A DNA stretch of 64,000 nucleotides, from positions 608,001 to 672,000 of the forward strand of contig CAWBKB010000003.1 of NCBI GenBank assembly GCA_963789265.1. Reading direction: 5' to 3'. Under the pieces are notes generated by a model. That model was not told the origin of the DNA. It saw nothing but the letters and a program-made list of their open reading frames with translations, and did not search any database. The stretch is from an uncultured delta proteobacterium (GTDB lineage Bacteria; Desulfobacterota; Desulfomonilia; Desulfomonilales; Desulfomonilaceae). The translations under genes were made by a program, and so were the position numbers. Position 1 is the stretch's first letter, and each line of letters starts with the position of its first letter. Below, one piece after another: positions 1-9,470 of the stretch.

Positions 1-201
1 CATGGTGCCGTGAAAGCACGCGCAGTTAAACGGCCCCTTCTTACAGATCTGTTCTTCGTACTCCTGGTTCAGAAAGATCTTTCTCGACGTCAGATCCACG
101 AGTCTGAAGTACGCGGTTACCAGGCGCGGTACAAAAAATAACACCAGCCTGAACCAATGGCGCTGCCCTTTTTCCTTACTTTTTGACTCGACTTTCAACA
201 T
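1..201 (-). CDS. Lysophospholipid acyltransferase/DUF374-like protein, N-terminal part (runs off window start)
   Basis: Manual translation from ATG at 201: MLKVESKSKEKGQRHWFRLVLFFVPRLVTAYFRLVDLTSRKIFLNQEYEEQICKKGPFNCACFHGTM, open to base 1. Hydrophobic helix followed by a CFHG motif resembling the FWH motif of DUF374. Confidence 0.5.
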   Translation of the reverse strand, partial: MLKVESKSKEKGQRHWFRLVLFFVPRLVTAYFRLVDLTSRKIFLNQEYEEQICKKGPFNCACFHGTM

Positions 202-394
202 TACCCTCGGTTGACATTGTATGCGTTCTCCGAAAAGTAGCCGGGCGGCACTAATGATGAGGCGCAGGCACAAAAGCGATCGCAATTCTGCACCTCACAG
301 ATAGAAAAGGCCGGGCATAGCGGGTGAGCCCTTGGCATAAGCGGGGGCAATAGCCCAAGGCCTCTTCGAATCGGGAATCGGCGAACATTTCAGT

Positions 395-748
395 TCATTT
401 CCGTTGCGATCTCAGAGCGTCTTCTGCGAGACGCCTTTCTATCTTTTCTCGTTCCCTTTTCCCTTCAGCCTTTATCTTCCACCGCCTCTCACGCTCCTCC
501 GACATGCACAGCCTGTAGCATCGAGTCTTATCATCCCCTTTCAGGTCAGCGCAGCGCTTGGTGCAAAAGCTGTCAACCTCAGAGAGTTCTTGGCTGGAAA
601 CGATGCTTCCTACTATAATTTCGCCAATGGTTCCGCAACCAAATAATGTCAGGGCAAGCAAAGAAAGGCAAATGCCTGCTACTCTAGTTGAGCGTTTTGT
701 CCAGACCATTCGCCCCTCGCGACGAGGAAGCTCGCCGGTGGTCTTCAC
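395..748 (-). CDS. Hypothetical lipoprotein, Cys-containing
   Basis: Signal peptide with lipobox LFGC, CxxxC...CxxxC pair, charged C-terminal helix. Start codon uncertain. Confidence 0.5.
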   Translation of the reverse strand: MKTTGELPRREGRMVWTKRSTRVAGICLSLLALTLFGCGTIGEIIVGSIVSSQELSEVDSFCTKRCADLKGDDKTRCYRLCMSEERERRWKIKAEGKREREKIERRLAEDALRSQRK

Positions 749-903
749 TCGAAAGAGTGGGACATTGCGCGAGTCAGTCTTATCGACTCTTTGTCATCGT
801 CTCACTTCAGCTAGTGGATAGGATTGCCTGTGTTAACCTTGCAAAGGGCCCGGAGATTAAAGAGCCTTTGCTTCTAGATCCGTGATGATTGTCAGCGGTT
901 CTC

Positions 904-1446
904 TCAATCATCGCAAAAAGTCAACAAGGCGATAATGTGCCGTTCCGCCTCCAGATCTCGGTCCGACATGTCGGTTATCTCAAAACCAGCTACGGAGCGG
1001 CCTATTTCAGTGTCTTCTCTTACCCACCGACATTCAGCATTGAACGCGCACGGTCGGATGCTTTCATCAAGACCTTCAGCCTTGATCACAAAGGACCTCT
1101 TCTCACCTACCTCGGCATTTATGTCGACGACCTGAACCCCGTTTTCAGTGAGGTCCAAAACATGGTACTCGACTTCGGGACTCTCTTTATCATAGATGGG
1201 AAGGCCAAGTGCCGGATAACACCTGGGAAAGTGTCGTTCATGACTGATGCACACCGTATCGTCAAATATCGGCATGCGGCCGCGAAGATTATCCTCACTC
1301 ACCGCGTTTGATTCTATCAATTTGGTGAACGCGCTGAGCAACCCTTTTGACGACAATTGGTACTTTTCCATGAGCGCTAGGTTGCTCAAACCAGCCTTAA
1401 TATCACTTACGACATCTTTGGCCGAAATCATACGCTTACTTGGCAT
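904..1446 (-). CDS. PilZ-domain protein with N-terminal helical domain
   Basis: RHFPR (RxxxR) and DLTENG (D/NxSxxG-like) motifs, AECRW...GFEI beta-barrel end. Paralogous to 35524..36063. Confidence 0.75.
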   Translation of the reverse strand: MPSKRMISAKDVVSDIKAGLSNLALMEKYQLSSKGLLSAFTKLIESNAVSEDNLRGRMPIFDDTVCISHERHFPRCYPALGLPIYDKESPEVEYHVLDLTENGVQVVDINAEVGEKRSFVIKAEGLDESIRPCAFNAECRWVREDTEIGRSVAGFEITDMSDRDLEAERHIIALLTFCDD

Positions 1447-1491
1447 GATAAATATCCTGGCATTTCGGAGGAATGGAGAGCCCTTACCGCT

Positions 1492-2481
1492 TCAATGCTC
1501 AAGCAGTTGAAGGGCTTCTTCAGCCGCTTCTCGGACATCCGGATCCAAGTCTTCCGCGGCCTTGCGAAGCGCGGGAACCGCGGCAGAGTTCCCGATTTTG
1601 CCCAGCAATTCGGCTGTGTCTCCCCGTAAGGCAACCTCTTCTTGAAACAGAAGCGCGGTGAGATCGTCAACGATTGGATCGAGGACTCTCGGATTCTTTC
1701 TCAGCGCCTCTTCGAGCGTTACTAATGCACCCATGCGCACGGAAAATTCTTTCGACAGATACACCGGAAGTATCGCCTCGGGCCGATCTCCGGAACATAG
1801 AAGCTCGGCAGCATCCTCGGCCCGGCCGGCCCTGATCATCGAGTCCAAAATCGAAGGCAAGTAGCTGATTTCGACCGATCTCAGTACCTGATCTGCCAAC
1901 TCCTCTGCGGTAAGACGGCCTATTAAAGTGAGTCCGTCATCGATGATAGTGGTGGGCGTGGACTTCACCTTGTAGTGCCGAGCAAGGTCCTCAAATTGGA
2001 CCGCATCCACAATGCTGACGGTAACCAAGGGACTGAGAACGGCCAGCGTAAGAGCCGCCGTAACAACCTGGGGGCAATGGGGACATGCCGCTGCCATCAA
2101 GACCAGCAGGTGACAGGGCCTGGTTAATTTCGTAAGAGATTCTGCCGCGCGGGTCTGAGGAGGTGTCTTGTCGTCACCCATCCAAAGGAGAAGCTCCAAA
2201 AAGGGGGCAAGTTCAGTTCCTTCCGGGGCGGCGAAGTAATGGATATTGCCGACTCCTCGACCCATCGGAGTGAGAGATGGCTTTCCAGGCAGGATATACT
2301 CGGTCTCTTCCTCAATTCCGATGCGATTCATGGACACGCCACTGATCTGGCGCGCTATGTTGATCAGGTTGACCTCGAAGCGGTCCTGTTCGCCGCCGCT
2401 ACGGCCGACTCGAATTGTAATCGGAACCGAGATCTGCGAACTGATAGCCTGAACTTTCATCAGGTCTTCATCTGAAAGCAA
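1492..2481 (-). CDS. Thioredoxin-fold (AhpF N-terminal-like, CPHC) protein with C-terminal HEAT repeats
   Basis: CPHC motif, cis-Pro STP loop, and C-terminal LRGDTAELLGKIG...VREAAEEAL HEAT-like repeats. Confidence 0.75.
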   Translation of the reverse strand: MLSDEDLMKVQAISSQISVPITIRVGRSGGEQDRFEVNLINIARQISGVSMNRIGIEEETEYILPGKPSLTPMGRGVGNIHYFAAPEGTELAPFLELLLWMGDDKTPPQTRAAESLTKLTRPCHLLVLMAAACPHCPQVVTAALTLAVLSPLVTVSIVDAVQFEDLARHYKVKSTPTTIIDDGLTLIGRLTAEELADQVLRSVEISYLPSILDSMIRAGRAEDAAELLCSGDRPEAILPVYLSKEFSVRMGALVTLEEALRKNPRVLDPIVDDLTALLFQEEVALRGDTAELLGKIGNSAAVPALRKAAEDLDPDVREAAEEALQLLEH

Positions 2482-2829
2482 CGATTACACCTCTCTCAAT
2501 GCAGCAATGTTCGAGGAATCCATCCCGAGTTTCGAAGAATCGAACAAAGGCTCCGAAATCCCTGCGAAAGACCGAGGGCCATTGGTGACAATTCCAAAGC
2601 CCTCGTCAGATTTACAGCAATGGCCAAGCCTTTCACGTGATGGATTCGTGCTCCCGATTTTCATCGGGACAAGTATGCGCCGACGAAAGCTAGGGCAGCA
2701 ATAACGCGGAAATATCTATCTCCGTGAGTAACCGGATTCCCCGCGTCGGACGGAGAACGAGACATCGATTTCAACAAGGACTTTCAGGCCGGTTCGCCAA
2801 GATCTGTTGGCCTCATCCTATGCCTGAGT

Positions 2830-3168
2830 TCAAGGTGTGCCGGGCACGAAATTGACATTGACGTGCCCTGATCCGGGTGGAACCGCGTAAGGCGACGCCG
2901 CCCCACGGATCGGTGCAGGCATGAAACTCCACATGTAGCTTCCGAGATCTCCCATCCTGTTCACGGCACTGGGGATCATTCCCGGAAGAGCTTGATGCTG
3001 CTGACCACCTTGCTGCCGAGAGTTAGGAATTGGATTGAAGGCCGGCTGACCGTATCGGTTCACCGGCCCGGAGTAATGACGGTCGTACATAGAGAAGTTT
3101 TGCTGCCCGAACACCGGACACGAGCAAACAGCACAAACCACGGCCACAATCACAATAGCGGCTTTCAT
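2830..3168 (-). CDS. Hypothetical secreted protein, Pro/Gln/Gly-rich
   Basis: N-terminal signal peptide, GAGG RBS upstream, AT-rich divergent promoter region 3190-3290. Confidence 0.6.
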   Translation of the reverse strand: MKAAIVIVAVVCAVCSCPVFGQQNFSMYDRHYSGPVNRYGQPAFNPIPNSRQQGGQQHQALPGMIPSAVNRMGDLGSYMWSFMPAPIRGAASPYAVPPGSGHVNVNFVPGTP

Positions 3169-3306
3169 GATTCGACCTCGGCGTAGATATCATTATTATA
3201 TATTATTAGCACAAATAATGAGCAAGATAAAGATGTTAATTGCTTGACAAAACAGATAGAAATATGAAATAATTATGCGCTTTGACGTTAACTGGAGGTT
3301 CCACGG

Positions 3307-3666
3307 ATGAGTAAAATAGCCAAAATATTACTTTGTGCACTACTTGTTGCAGCACTGGCGGTCCCGGCTTTCGCGAAGAGTACATGTGCAAGGCGCACCA
3401 CCTCCTCCAAAGTCACTCGGGCCATTTACAGAGGCAGTGCTACAGCCCTGGAGCGCACCGAAGGTCTTCTCACCGGCTGTCTGAGAAGGACCTTCAGCCT
3501 GTTCAACCCATGCCTTGATTTCGCAAAAGGTGCCGCTACGATCGCATTTATGCCGATAGAGAAGCCTTTGGACTACATCGAAAGGGCTGCCTTCAAGCCT
3601 TATCGAACAAGGAGAGCCGCACCACGGATACCTGAACCGAAGAAACCGGAAATTCCGAAGAAATAG
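3307..3666 (+). CDS. Hypothetical secreted protein
   Basis: GGAGG RBS, signal peptide ending AFA. Confidence 0.6.
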   Translation: MSKIAKILLCALLVAALAVPAFAKSTCARRTTSSKVTRAIYRGSATALERTEGLLTGCLRRTFSLFNPCLDFAKGAATIAFMPIEKPLDYIERAAFKPYRTRRAAPRIPEPKKPEIPKK

Positions 3667-3756
3667 TTTTGAAGGGGTGAAATGGGGATAGGCAAAGAAG
3701 AGACTTACAGATATCTTCTCCATCTTTGAGACTCTATTTGCCGACTGGGAGGGTGT

Positions 3757-4392
3757 ATGAGGAGAGGAATCATACCGGCTGCCTTGCTGTGGCTGGTGCT
3801 CGCCGGATGTAGGTCTGCACTGGGGGCGGGTGTGGTACAATCCGACGCGCTGACAATCTGTTCCGTCATCATAAATGAGATGACTGAAGGCAAGGTAAGC
3901 AACGACAGGGCGAGGGAGATTTCTCTCGCCATTGCCCAGGCGGGAAACAAGTACTTCGGACGTGTTACCTGCGGCGATATGTGGCTCTATATGGCCATTG
4001 TTCACGTTGAAAGCGGCTTCAGGAACAACATAATAAACGGTCAAAATTGTCGTGGGATGTTTCAGGTTCATGCGCCGTCATGGGCCAGGAAGTTCGGACT
4101 TCGGTACGCGGATCTCCTGAATCTCCAGACGAACGCGGATTGCGGCGTCCGAGTGTTCAAGTACTATTTGGATCAGTACAAGAGGCTCGTACCCGCTCTC
4201 AGTGCATACAACAGCGACCACCCCTGGGCCGCTATCGGCTATGCCCGTGCTGTACTCGGTACACGTCGGAGAATCCGAAAGCGATATATTGAACTCCACA
4301 AGGCCATGAAGGATGGGAAGATGATAGCTTCCAATCCATCTCCCTCACACCTCTCACGGACGGATTCTCCGAACACCTTCCCACCGCCTTAA
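3757..4392 (+). CDS. Lytic transglycosylase (SLT domain) protein
   Basis: Motifs AIVHVESGF (catalytic Glu), GMFQV, ALSAYN; signal peptide. Confidence 0.85.
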   Translation: MRRGIIPAALLWLVLAGCRSALGAGVVQSDALTICSVIINEMTEGKVSNDRAREISLAIAQAGNKYFGRVTCGDMWLYMAIVHVESGFRNNIINGQNCRGMFQVHAPSWARKFGLRYADLLNLQTNADCGVRVFKYYLDQYKRLVPALSAYNSDHPWAAIGYARAVLGTRRRIRKRYIELHKAMKDGKMIASNPSPSHLSRTDSPNTFPPP

Positions 4393-4600
4393 GATATCCC
4401 CGACCTCGACAGAATCGATCCAAGTACTCTTATCTAAATTCGATCAAGTATTCAGGTACCATTGTGGTCATTCCCGCGCACGCGGTCGCCCCCACCCCCC
4501 CGGATCGCAGTGCCGGATGACGTGGCGAGACTGCAAGCGCATACCGCATTGTCAGGTATAGGATACCGCATTTAGGAAATCGAACTAAGAGTCTGTCGGC

Positions 4601-4837
4601 TTACCGCGGAGGGCCGTAGAGAAAAGGTGACACCACGGAACTCATGAGGTCCCAGGGGTTAAAGGGGGAAGGATTGTGATCCATGGGAATGTATGGATCG
4701 TGGCCGGTAGGATAGCACGCCGATACTGGCCCCGACGGCGGTGCCACATACTGAGGCAAACAGCTCATACAACCGCCCGCAGCCAATGCAGCGGCGAAAA
4801 TCAGCCCTAGAATCACATGCCTCCAATAACGGGTCAT
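4601..4837 (-). CDS. Small Pro-rich lipoprotein
   Basis: MTRYWRHVILGLIFAAALAAGGC signal/lipobox, Pro-rich mature part. Confidence 0.45.
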   Translation of the reverse strand: MTRYWRHVILGLIFAAALAAGGCMSCLPQYVAPPSGPVSACYPTGHDPYIPMDHNPSPFNPWDLMSSVVSPFLYGPPR

Positions 4838-4947
4838 ACTACCACACGTCAGAATCTGAAGTGACCGTATTTTACCTCGTTCGCAAACCGCGATCAAGGT
4901 AAAAAGCATTTCATTTGTAATCATTCACTTACGAGCGGTAAAGGATT

Positions 4948-5088
4948 GTCATTGCGAGTCCCGCGTCCCGCGGGAAAGCAATCTCTTCCTTTAAACGCCA
5001 CTTAGATTGCCGGTGGGACGGGCATCTTGCCCGTCATCCCTAATAGACAGGCTGGAAGCCTGCCCCACCATGCACTCCTCGCAATGAC
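4948..5088. repeat. REP-like palindromic element (GTCATTGCGAG...CTCGCAATGAC) containing a second REP doublet at 5012-5069
   Basis: 11-bp terminal inverted repeat, internal GCAATCT/AGATTGC pair; inner element GGTGGGACGGGCATCTTGCCCGTC...GACAGGCTGGAAGCCTGCCCCACC. Confidence 0.75.
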
Positions 5089-5150
5089 AAAGTGCAGAAG
5101 ATCCCCAGCATAAGTGAATGGTTTCTCTCATCTCCCGAGTCTTCAACTCC

Positions 5151-6158
5151 TTATTTTTGGTTGAAATGGAAAATGGCCGCTGCGCCCGCTGAGCTGTGGA
5201 TTCGTCCCTCGGAATCGATTAAGAATCCCTCCACATTGGGGATTGACTCAATGTATCTTAAGCCCTTCTCGGGCCCGAGGACGAAGATGCCTGCTGTCAC
5301 CGTGGTCATCGCCGTAGGAGCCACTATGGTGACTGACTGCACACCTTGCGCCGGATAGCCCGTGGCTGGGTCAATTATGTGGTGATAACGTTTTCCATTT
5401 CGAACGAAGAAGCGCTCGTAGTCTCCCGAAGTCTGAACCACGCGATTTCTGAGGTTTGCTACGGCGACGATCCCCCGTTCATTTCGCGGATCCTGCACTC
5501 CGATCCGCCACGGCTTGCCAGACCCTCTCTCACCCACGACGAGTACGTCGCCGCCCGCGTTTACCAGGGCTGCGTGTATTCCGCGCTCCTTGATAACGCG
5601 GGCTGCCCGCTCCAAAGCGTATCCTTTAGCGATTCCTCCCAAGTCCAAGGCCATACCTCTTTCCGGCAGAACGATGGTCCCGGCCGCAGGGTCTATTTTT
5701 ACGCGTTGCCAGCCGACTTTTCCCAAAGCCGCTGCGATTTCAGACTTGGAAGGGAGTTTTGGGTCGGCGTTACCGCTGAAATTCCACAGCCGTGTTAAGG
5801 GTCCTATCGTAGGATCAAAGGCTCCGTGAGTTTCCTTCGCAAATCGCAAGCTTTGGCCAATTAGTGCCAGCAACTCCGGATCCGCTTTGATCGGCCCGGC
5901 ACCAGACCGATCATTAATCTTTGTTAATCCCGACGGCTTGTGGAAGGAGGCGAGATCTTCCACTCGTTTGAGTTCCGAAAAGATGGCATCAGCCGCAGCC
6001 TTTGGGCCTTCCCCCGCGCCGGGGATCGTTATTTCGACAAGTGTGCCCATGAGGAGTCGACTGGATTTGTACAAAGGAGCCGACTCCTTGCTGCTGCAAG
6101 ATGCAATCAGTAGTGTTGTCGCTATAGCCAGCAAGGTTAGATGTCTGGAATATGTCAT
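5151..6158 (-). CDS. apbE: FAD:protein FMN transferase (ApbE) lipoprotein
   Basis: Lipobox IASC, LMGT, GAFDPT, DLGGIAKGY, NAGGD, TSGDYER, YHHIIDP motifs. Confidence 0.92.
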   Translation of the reverse strand: MTYSRHLTLLAIATTLLIASCSSKESAPLYKSSRLLMGTLVEITIPGAGEGPKAAADAIFSELKRVEDLASFHKPSGLTKINDRSGAGPIKADPELLALIGQSLRFAKETHGAFDPTIGPLTRLWNFSGNADPKLPSKSEIAAALGKVGWQRVKIDPAAGTIVLPERGMALDLGGIAKGYALERAARVIKERGIHAALVNAGGDVLVVGERGSGKPWRIGVQDPRNERGIVAVANLRNRVVQTSGDYERFFVRNGKRYHHIIDPATGYPAQGVQSVTIVAPTAMTTVTAGIFVLGPEKGLRYIESIPNVEGFLIDSEGRIHSSAGAAAIFHFNQK

Positions 6159-6170
6159 CCTTACGCTTTC

Positions 6171-7094
6171 TTAGTTTTTTTGAGACGCGGCCCGGCCAAG
6201 ACGGACTGCAATGAGCTTGATGGGCACAATCATTGTGAAAAAAGGAAACATGTACATCGCCGCAAGGGTAGGAGCGAGCGGTCCGAAAAATCGGGACGAA
6301 AATACTATAACCAGAACGTTATTCATGACCGCCAGACTTACGGCCGCGGCCAGCTTTTCGCTCAGTTGCCCTCGTGGAATAAGAAGAAAGCCGGTTAAAT
6401 AATAAATGGCCGAAAGCCCATACGCAACGACCACCGAAACCAGCAGTTGTCCGGGATGACGAAACACGAAAGAAGAGTACTTCGAGAACACCCCAAGATT
6501 TACCAGAGCAAATAAAAGCACAGAAAAAGGGTACTGCTTTTCAGCAGTCTTTTCGAGGATCTGGGGGGCAAATTTTCTTAGGACAACAACTAACCCCATG
6601 GGGATAAAGATTACAAGTGCCAGCAGACGGATCATCAAGTCCAGGGGTATGGACAATTCTGCTCCGGCAAAGAGCGTGACGAGGCAAGGTAAAGAAAACG
6701 GTACCACAAGCGATGTTACGATCACCATCCGAAGGACGGTAGGAATGTCTGCTGCAACGAGCCCCCCCAGGAAAGGGGCTACCACTCCCGTAGATATTCC
6801 GGAGAGTAGCAGTATGGGTAGAGCATAATCGGGTATGGCAAACAGAGCGATGATGTAAAGAGCCGTGGGCAACACCACCAACTTAACCAACACCATAACG
6901 GCCAAACGCAGCACCGAGTGCCGTGATGTATCCAATAGGGCATTGAAGTCGATTTTGAGGAAACTGAGAAACAAGAGAAGCATCAAGAAATAGAGAAGAT
7001 AAGGATGAAATACTTCGCCCGCGTCCGGTAGAAATATTGCTGCACCCGCGGAGCCGAAAATCACCGCGAACAGGATGAGGTCGTTTATGCTCAT
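6171..7094 (-). CDS. Bile acid:sodium symporter (BASS/Acr3 superfamily) membrane protein
   Basis: About 10 hydrophobic segments with BASS-like spacing (STGVVAP, MNNVL). Confidence 0.65.
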   Translation of the reverse strand: MSINDLILFAVIFGSAGAAIFLPDAGEVFHPYLLYFLMLLLFLSFLKIDFNALLDTSRHSVLRLAVMVLVKLVVLPTALYIIALFAIPDYALPILLLSGISTGVVAPFLGGLVAADIPTVLRMVIVTSLVVPFSLPCLVTLFAGAELSIPLDLMIRLLALVIFIPMGLVVVLRKFAPQILEKTAEKQYPFSVLLFALVNLGVFSKYSSFVFRHPGQLLVSVVVAYGLSAIYYLTGFLLIPRGQLSEKLAAAVSLAVMNNVLVIVFSSRFFGPLAPTLAAMYMFPFFTMIVPIKLIAVRLGRAASQKN

Positions 7095-7203
7095 GTTCCC
7101 TGCCCATGCGTCGATCTACGGGAAATGCTTTTAGCATCCATACCTGCGGCATGGCGGGCATGAGGTGACCAACAGGGCCCGGACATTCCTCCTCGGGATC
7201 TTA

Positions 7204-7625
7204 TCATTCGTCTGAAAAATCAGCCCAAAGAGTAAGGCCGGTGGGCTGGTCGAACTCTCGCACCGGAATCTTTCCAACAAGGGGAGTGGCGTAGAGTTCC
7301 GCGGCGAAGATCTCGGTTCCGGGCATTAGATGGCCGCCCACACAGCGATAATTCTCGTCTGCGAGAGTAATATGGGCATGTACGAATATCTCGTGATCTT
7401 TTTCCGAAACATTCCCCATACATGAAACTATCTCCACGCGCGCCCCTGAAATCCTTGTTTCTCATACTGCCTGATGTTCGGATCATAATAGCCTAGCACT
7501 GCATGGGAAACAGCGCCAATCACGTTGAATGCTGCCTTGCGAATCGACCTGTCCCGGAAGGCCCGGGTGAGGGCATCAAGCAAGTCGTCTCCCATGGGGA
7601 GAGGGAGGAGAAACGGTTCTTTCAT
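7204..7625 (-). CDS. PPC domain (DUF296) DNA-binding protein, frameshifted near 7440
   Basis: ORF 7428..7625 (IGAVSHAVLGYY) joins ORF 7204..7437 (EIVSCMGN, VHAHITL, GGHL, FAAE) across an indel in a GC run. Confidence 0.8.
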
Positions 7626-7852
7626 TCGAAAGTCCTCTCATCGGCTCAGTTGGAAAGGATATTTTCACGACGATTTCAATGAATTTTCTTATGATATAAT
7701 ATGGTCCGGCAAGTTCGATCGGGCTCCCGCGGCGCAGACCAAAGAAAATTCTCTTTCGCCGGATTCGGAGGAAGTGCATCAAGACACTCTGGGACCCGCG
7801 AACGTTTCGTCATACCATATCCCGCGAGGCGGGAGCGCGCAAGGGGTCAATT

Positions 7853-8149
7853 ATGAAGAAAGGGTTCTGCCATCATTGCGGCCATTTATTGGAATTTGAA
7901 GAAAAGGTATTCCGAAACGACACGTGCGCCAATTGCGGTTCCGATGTCCACTGCTGCCTCAACTGCTCGGAGTACAGTGAAACAGCTCCCAATCAGTGTA
8001 GGGAGCCTGAAGCCGAAAGGGTGTCAGTGAAAGACCGTCGAAATTTTTGTGATTATTTTAAGTTGCGCGAGGGGGCTGCATCCTCCAGCGCTGCTGAAAA
8101 GGCTGCACAGGCTCGCCGAAAGCTTGAGGTCCTCTTCAAGAAACAGTAA
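7853..8149 (+). CDS. Conserved-type Cys-rich small protein (putative Zn-binding)
   Basis: CHHC, CANC, CLNC, C and NFCDYF pattern followed by a C-terminal helix. Confidence 0.7.
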   Translation: MKKGFCHHCGHLLEFEEKVFRNDTCANCGSDVHCCLNCSEYSETAPNQCREPEAERVSVKDRRNFCDYFKLREGAASSSAAEKAAQARRKLEVLFKKQ

Positions 8150-8293
8150 TGTAGCTGTAGAAAACTGTATTGAAACTCGAGCTTCGCACCCGGGTAGAGC
8201 TTGGAGGCCGTGTTCGCTCCGAAATTGACGAAAAGGGCGAATCTCGAGGCACCTCACCAAAAAATTACGATAAGCCGGCCGGACACGGGGCCC

Positions 8294-8731
8294 TCAATGT
8301 TCCCACCACTCTTCCTCTTCTTCCGGCTCTTCCGTAACGGATTCCATTTCCGCCAGTATGTCATCGGGAATCCTTTCTCGCGGGGCTTCCACCCAAAGTC
8401 CCTCGAGGTCATAGAAACTCCCGTACCGGCTGATGAAAAACGTGTACGATTACATCTCCGTAATCCAGCAGCGCCCAATGTCCTTGATGAACCCCTTCGA
8501 CGGAATACCGGACGATCTTGCGTTTACGGGCCTCTTCAATCACAGCCTCGGCAACCGCGGTCGCTTGCCTCTCCGAACGGGCGGAGACGATCAGGAAGTA
8601 GTCTGTCAAAACTGTCAGTCCGTCGAGCCTTATGGTACAGGATCCGCCGCTTTCTTGGACATCGCGGCGCGGAGGAGAATTTCCGCCTTTTCTTTAGAAT
8701 TTAAATTGGGCTGCGAGCTAGCTTTGTTCAT
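8294..8731 (-). CDS. rsfS: Ribosome silencing factor RsfS (two frameshifts, near 8635 and 8415)
   Basis: Pieces read MNK...KKAADPV / IRLDGLTVLTDYFLIVSARSERQ...WALLDYGDVIVHVFHQPVREF / YDLEGLW...EEEEEWWEH*. Directly downstream of nadD, the usual gene order. Confidence 0.88.
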
Positions 8732-8737
8732 GCAAGG

Positions 8738-9376
8738 CTAATTCCGATAGAGCTTACGTTCCATAATATACTGACGAACCGATTCCCTAACAAGGTATCG
8801 TATGCTTCGGCCCGCTTCCACAAGGTTGCGGATCATTGTAGAGGAAATGTTGAGCCCTTCCACGTTGGACGGGATGAGTCGGTTGGAGCTTGAATGGAGC
8901 AAATAATCTCCACGGTCTCGAAATTCCTTTCGAAGGATATCCGGAACGCGGGCCCAAGCGGCCCGGAAATCCCCTCCCGGTCTTCTCACCACAATGAAGT
9001 GCGCCAGGGAGAACAGTCTCTTGTAATCTTTCCATGTATGAATTTCCTTGAGGGAATCGGTCCCGAGAATGAAGTGCGGCTCAAGATCCTGCTCTTTCGC
9101 AAAGACGTCAAGTGTATTTACAGTGTAAGAGAGCCCCTGAACGGAGATCTCCATGTCTGAGACTTCAAAGACGGGATTGTCCGCACAGGACCTGCGGATC
9201 ATCTCCAGACGATGCTCCGGCAAGGCCGTCCCTTGAGCGCTCTTGTGAGGTGGTATGAAGCAGGGGATAAACACTACACGAGAGAGCCCGTGGAAGGATG
9301 CGACCTCTTCCGCCAGACGAAGATGCCCCACATGCGGCGGGTTAAAAGTCCCACCAAAGATTCCAACTTTCACCAT
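8738..9376 (-). CDS. nadD: Nicotinate-nucleotide adenylyltransferase
   Basis: GIFGGTFNPPHVGH, PPHK, SYTVNT, LGTD, ISSTMIR motifs. Confidence 0.95.
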   Translation of the reverse strand: MVKVGIFGGTFNPPHVGHLRLAEEVASFHGLSRVVFIPCFIPPHKSAQGTALPEHRLEMIRRSCADNPVFEVSDMEISVQGLSYTVNTLDVFAKEQDLEPHFILGTDSLKEIHTWKDYKRLFSLAHFIVVRRPGGDFRAAWARVPDILRKEFRDRGDYLLHSSSNRLIPSNVEGLNISSTMIRNLVEAGRSIRYLVRESVRQYIMERKLYRN

Positions 9377-9470
9377 GCCGGCCTTTTGAACAAAGGGCTT
9401 GTTTTTGCCGAGAAAGATTCTATATTTAATTCGAACAATTTGAAAGTGGAATTGTCGCAAGGAGTCATAG

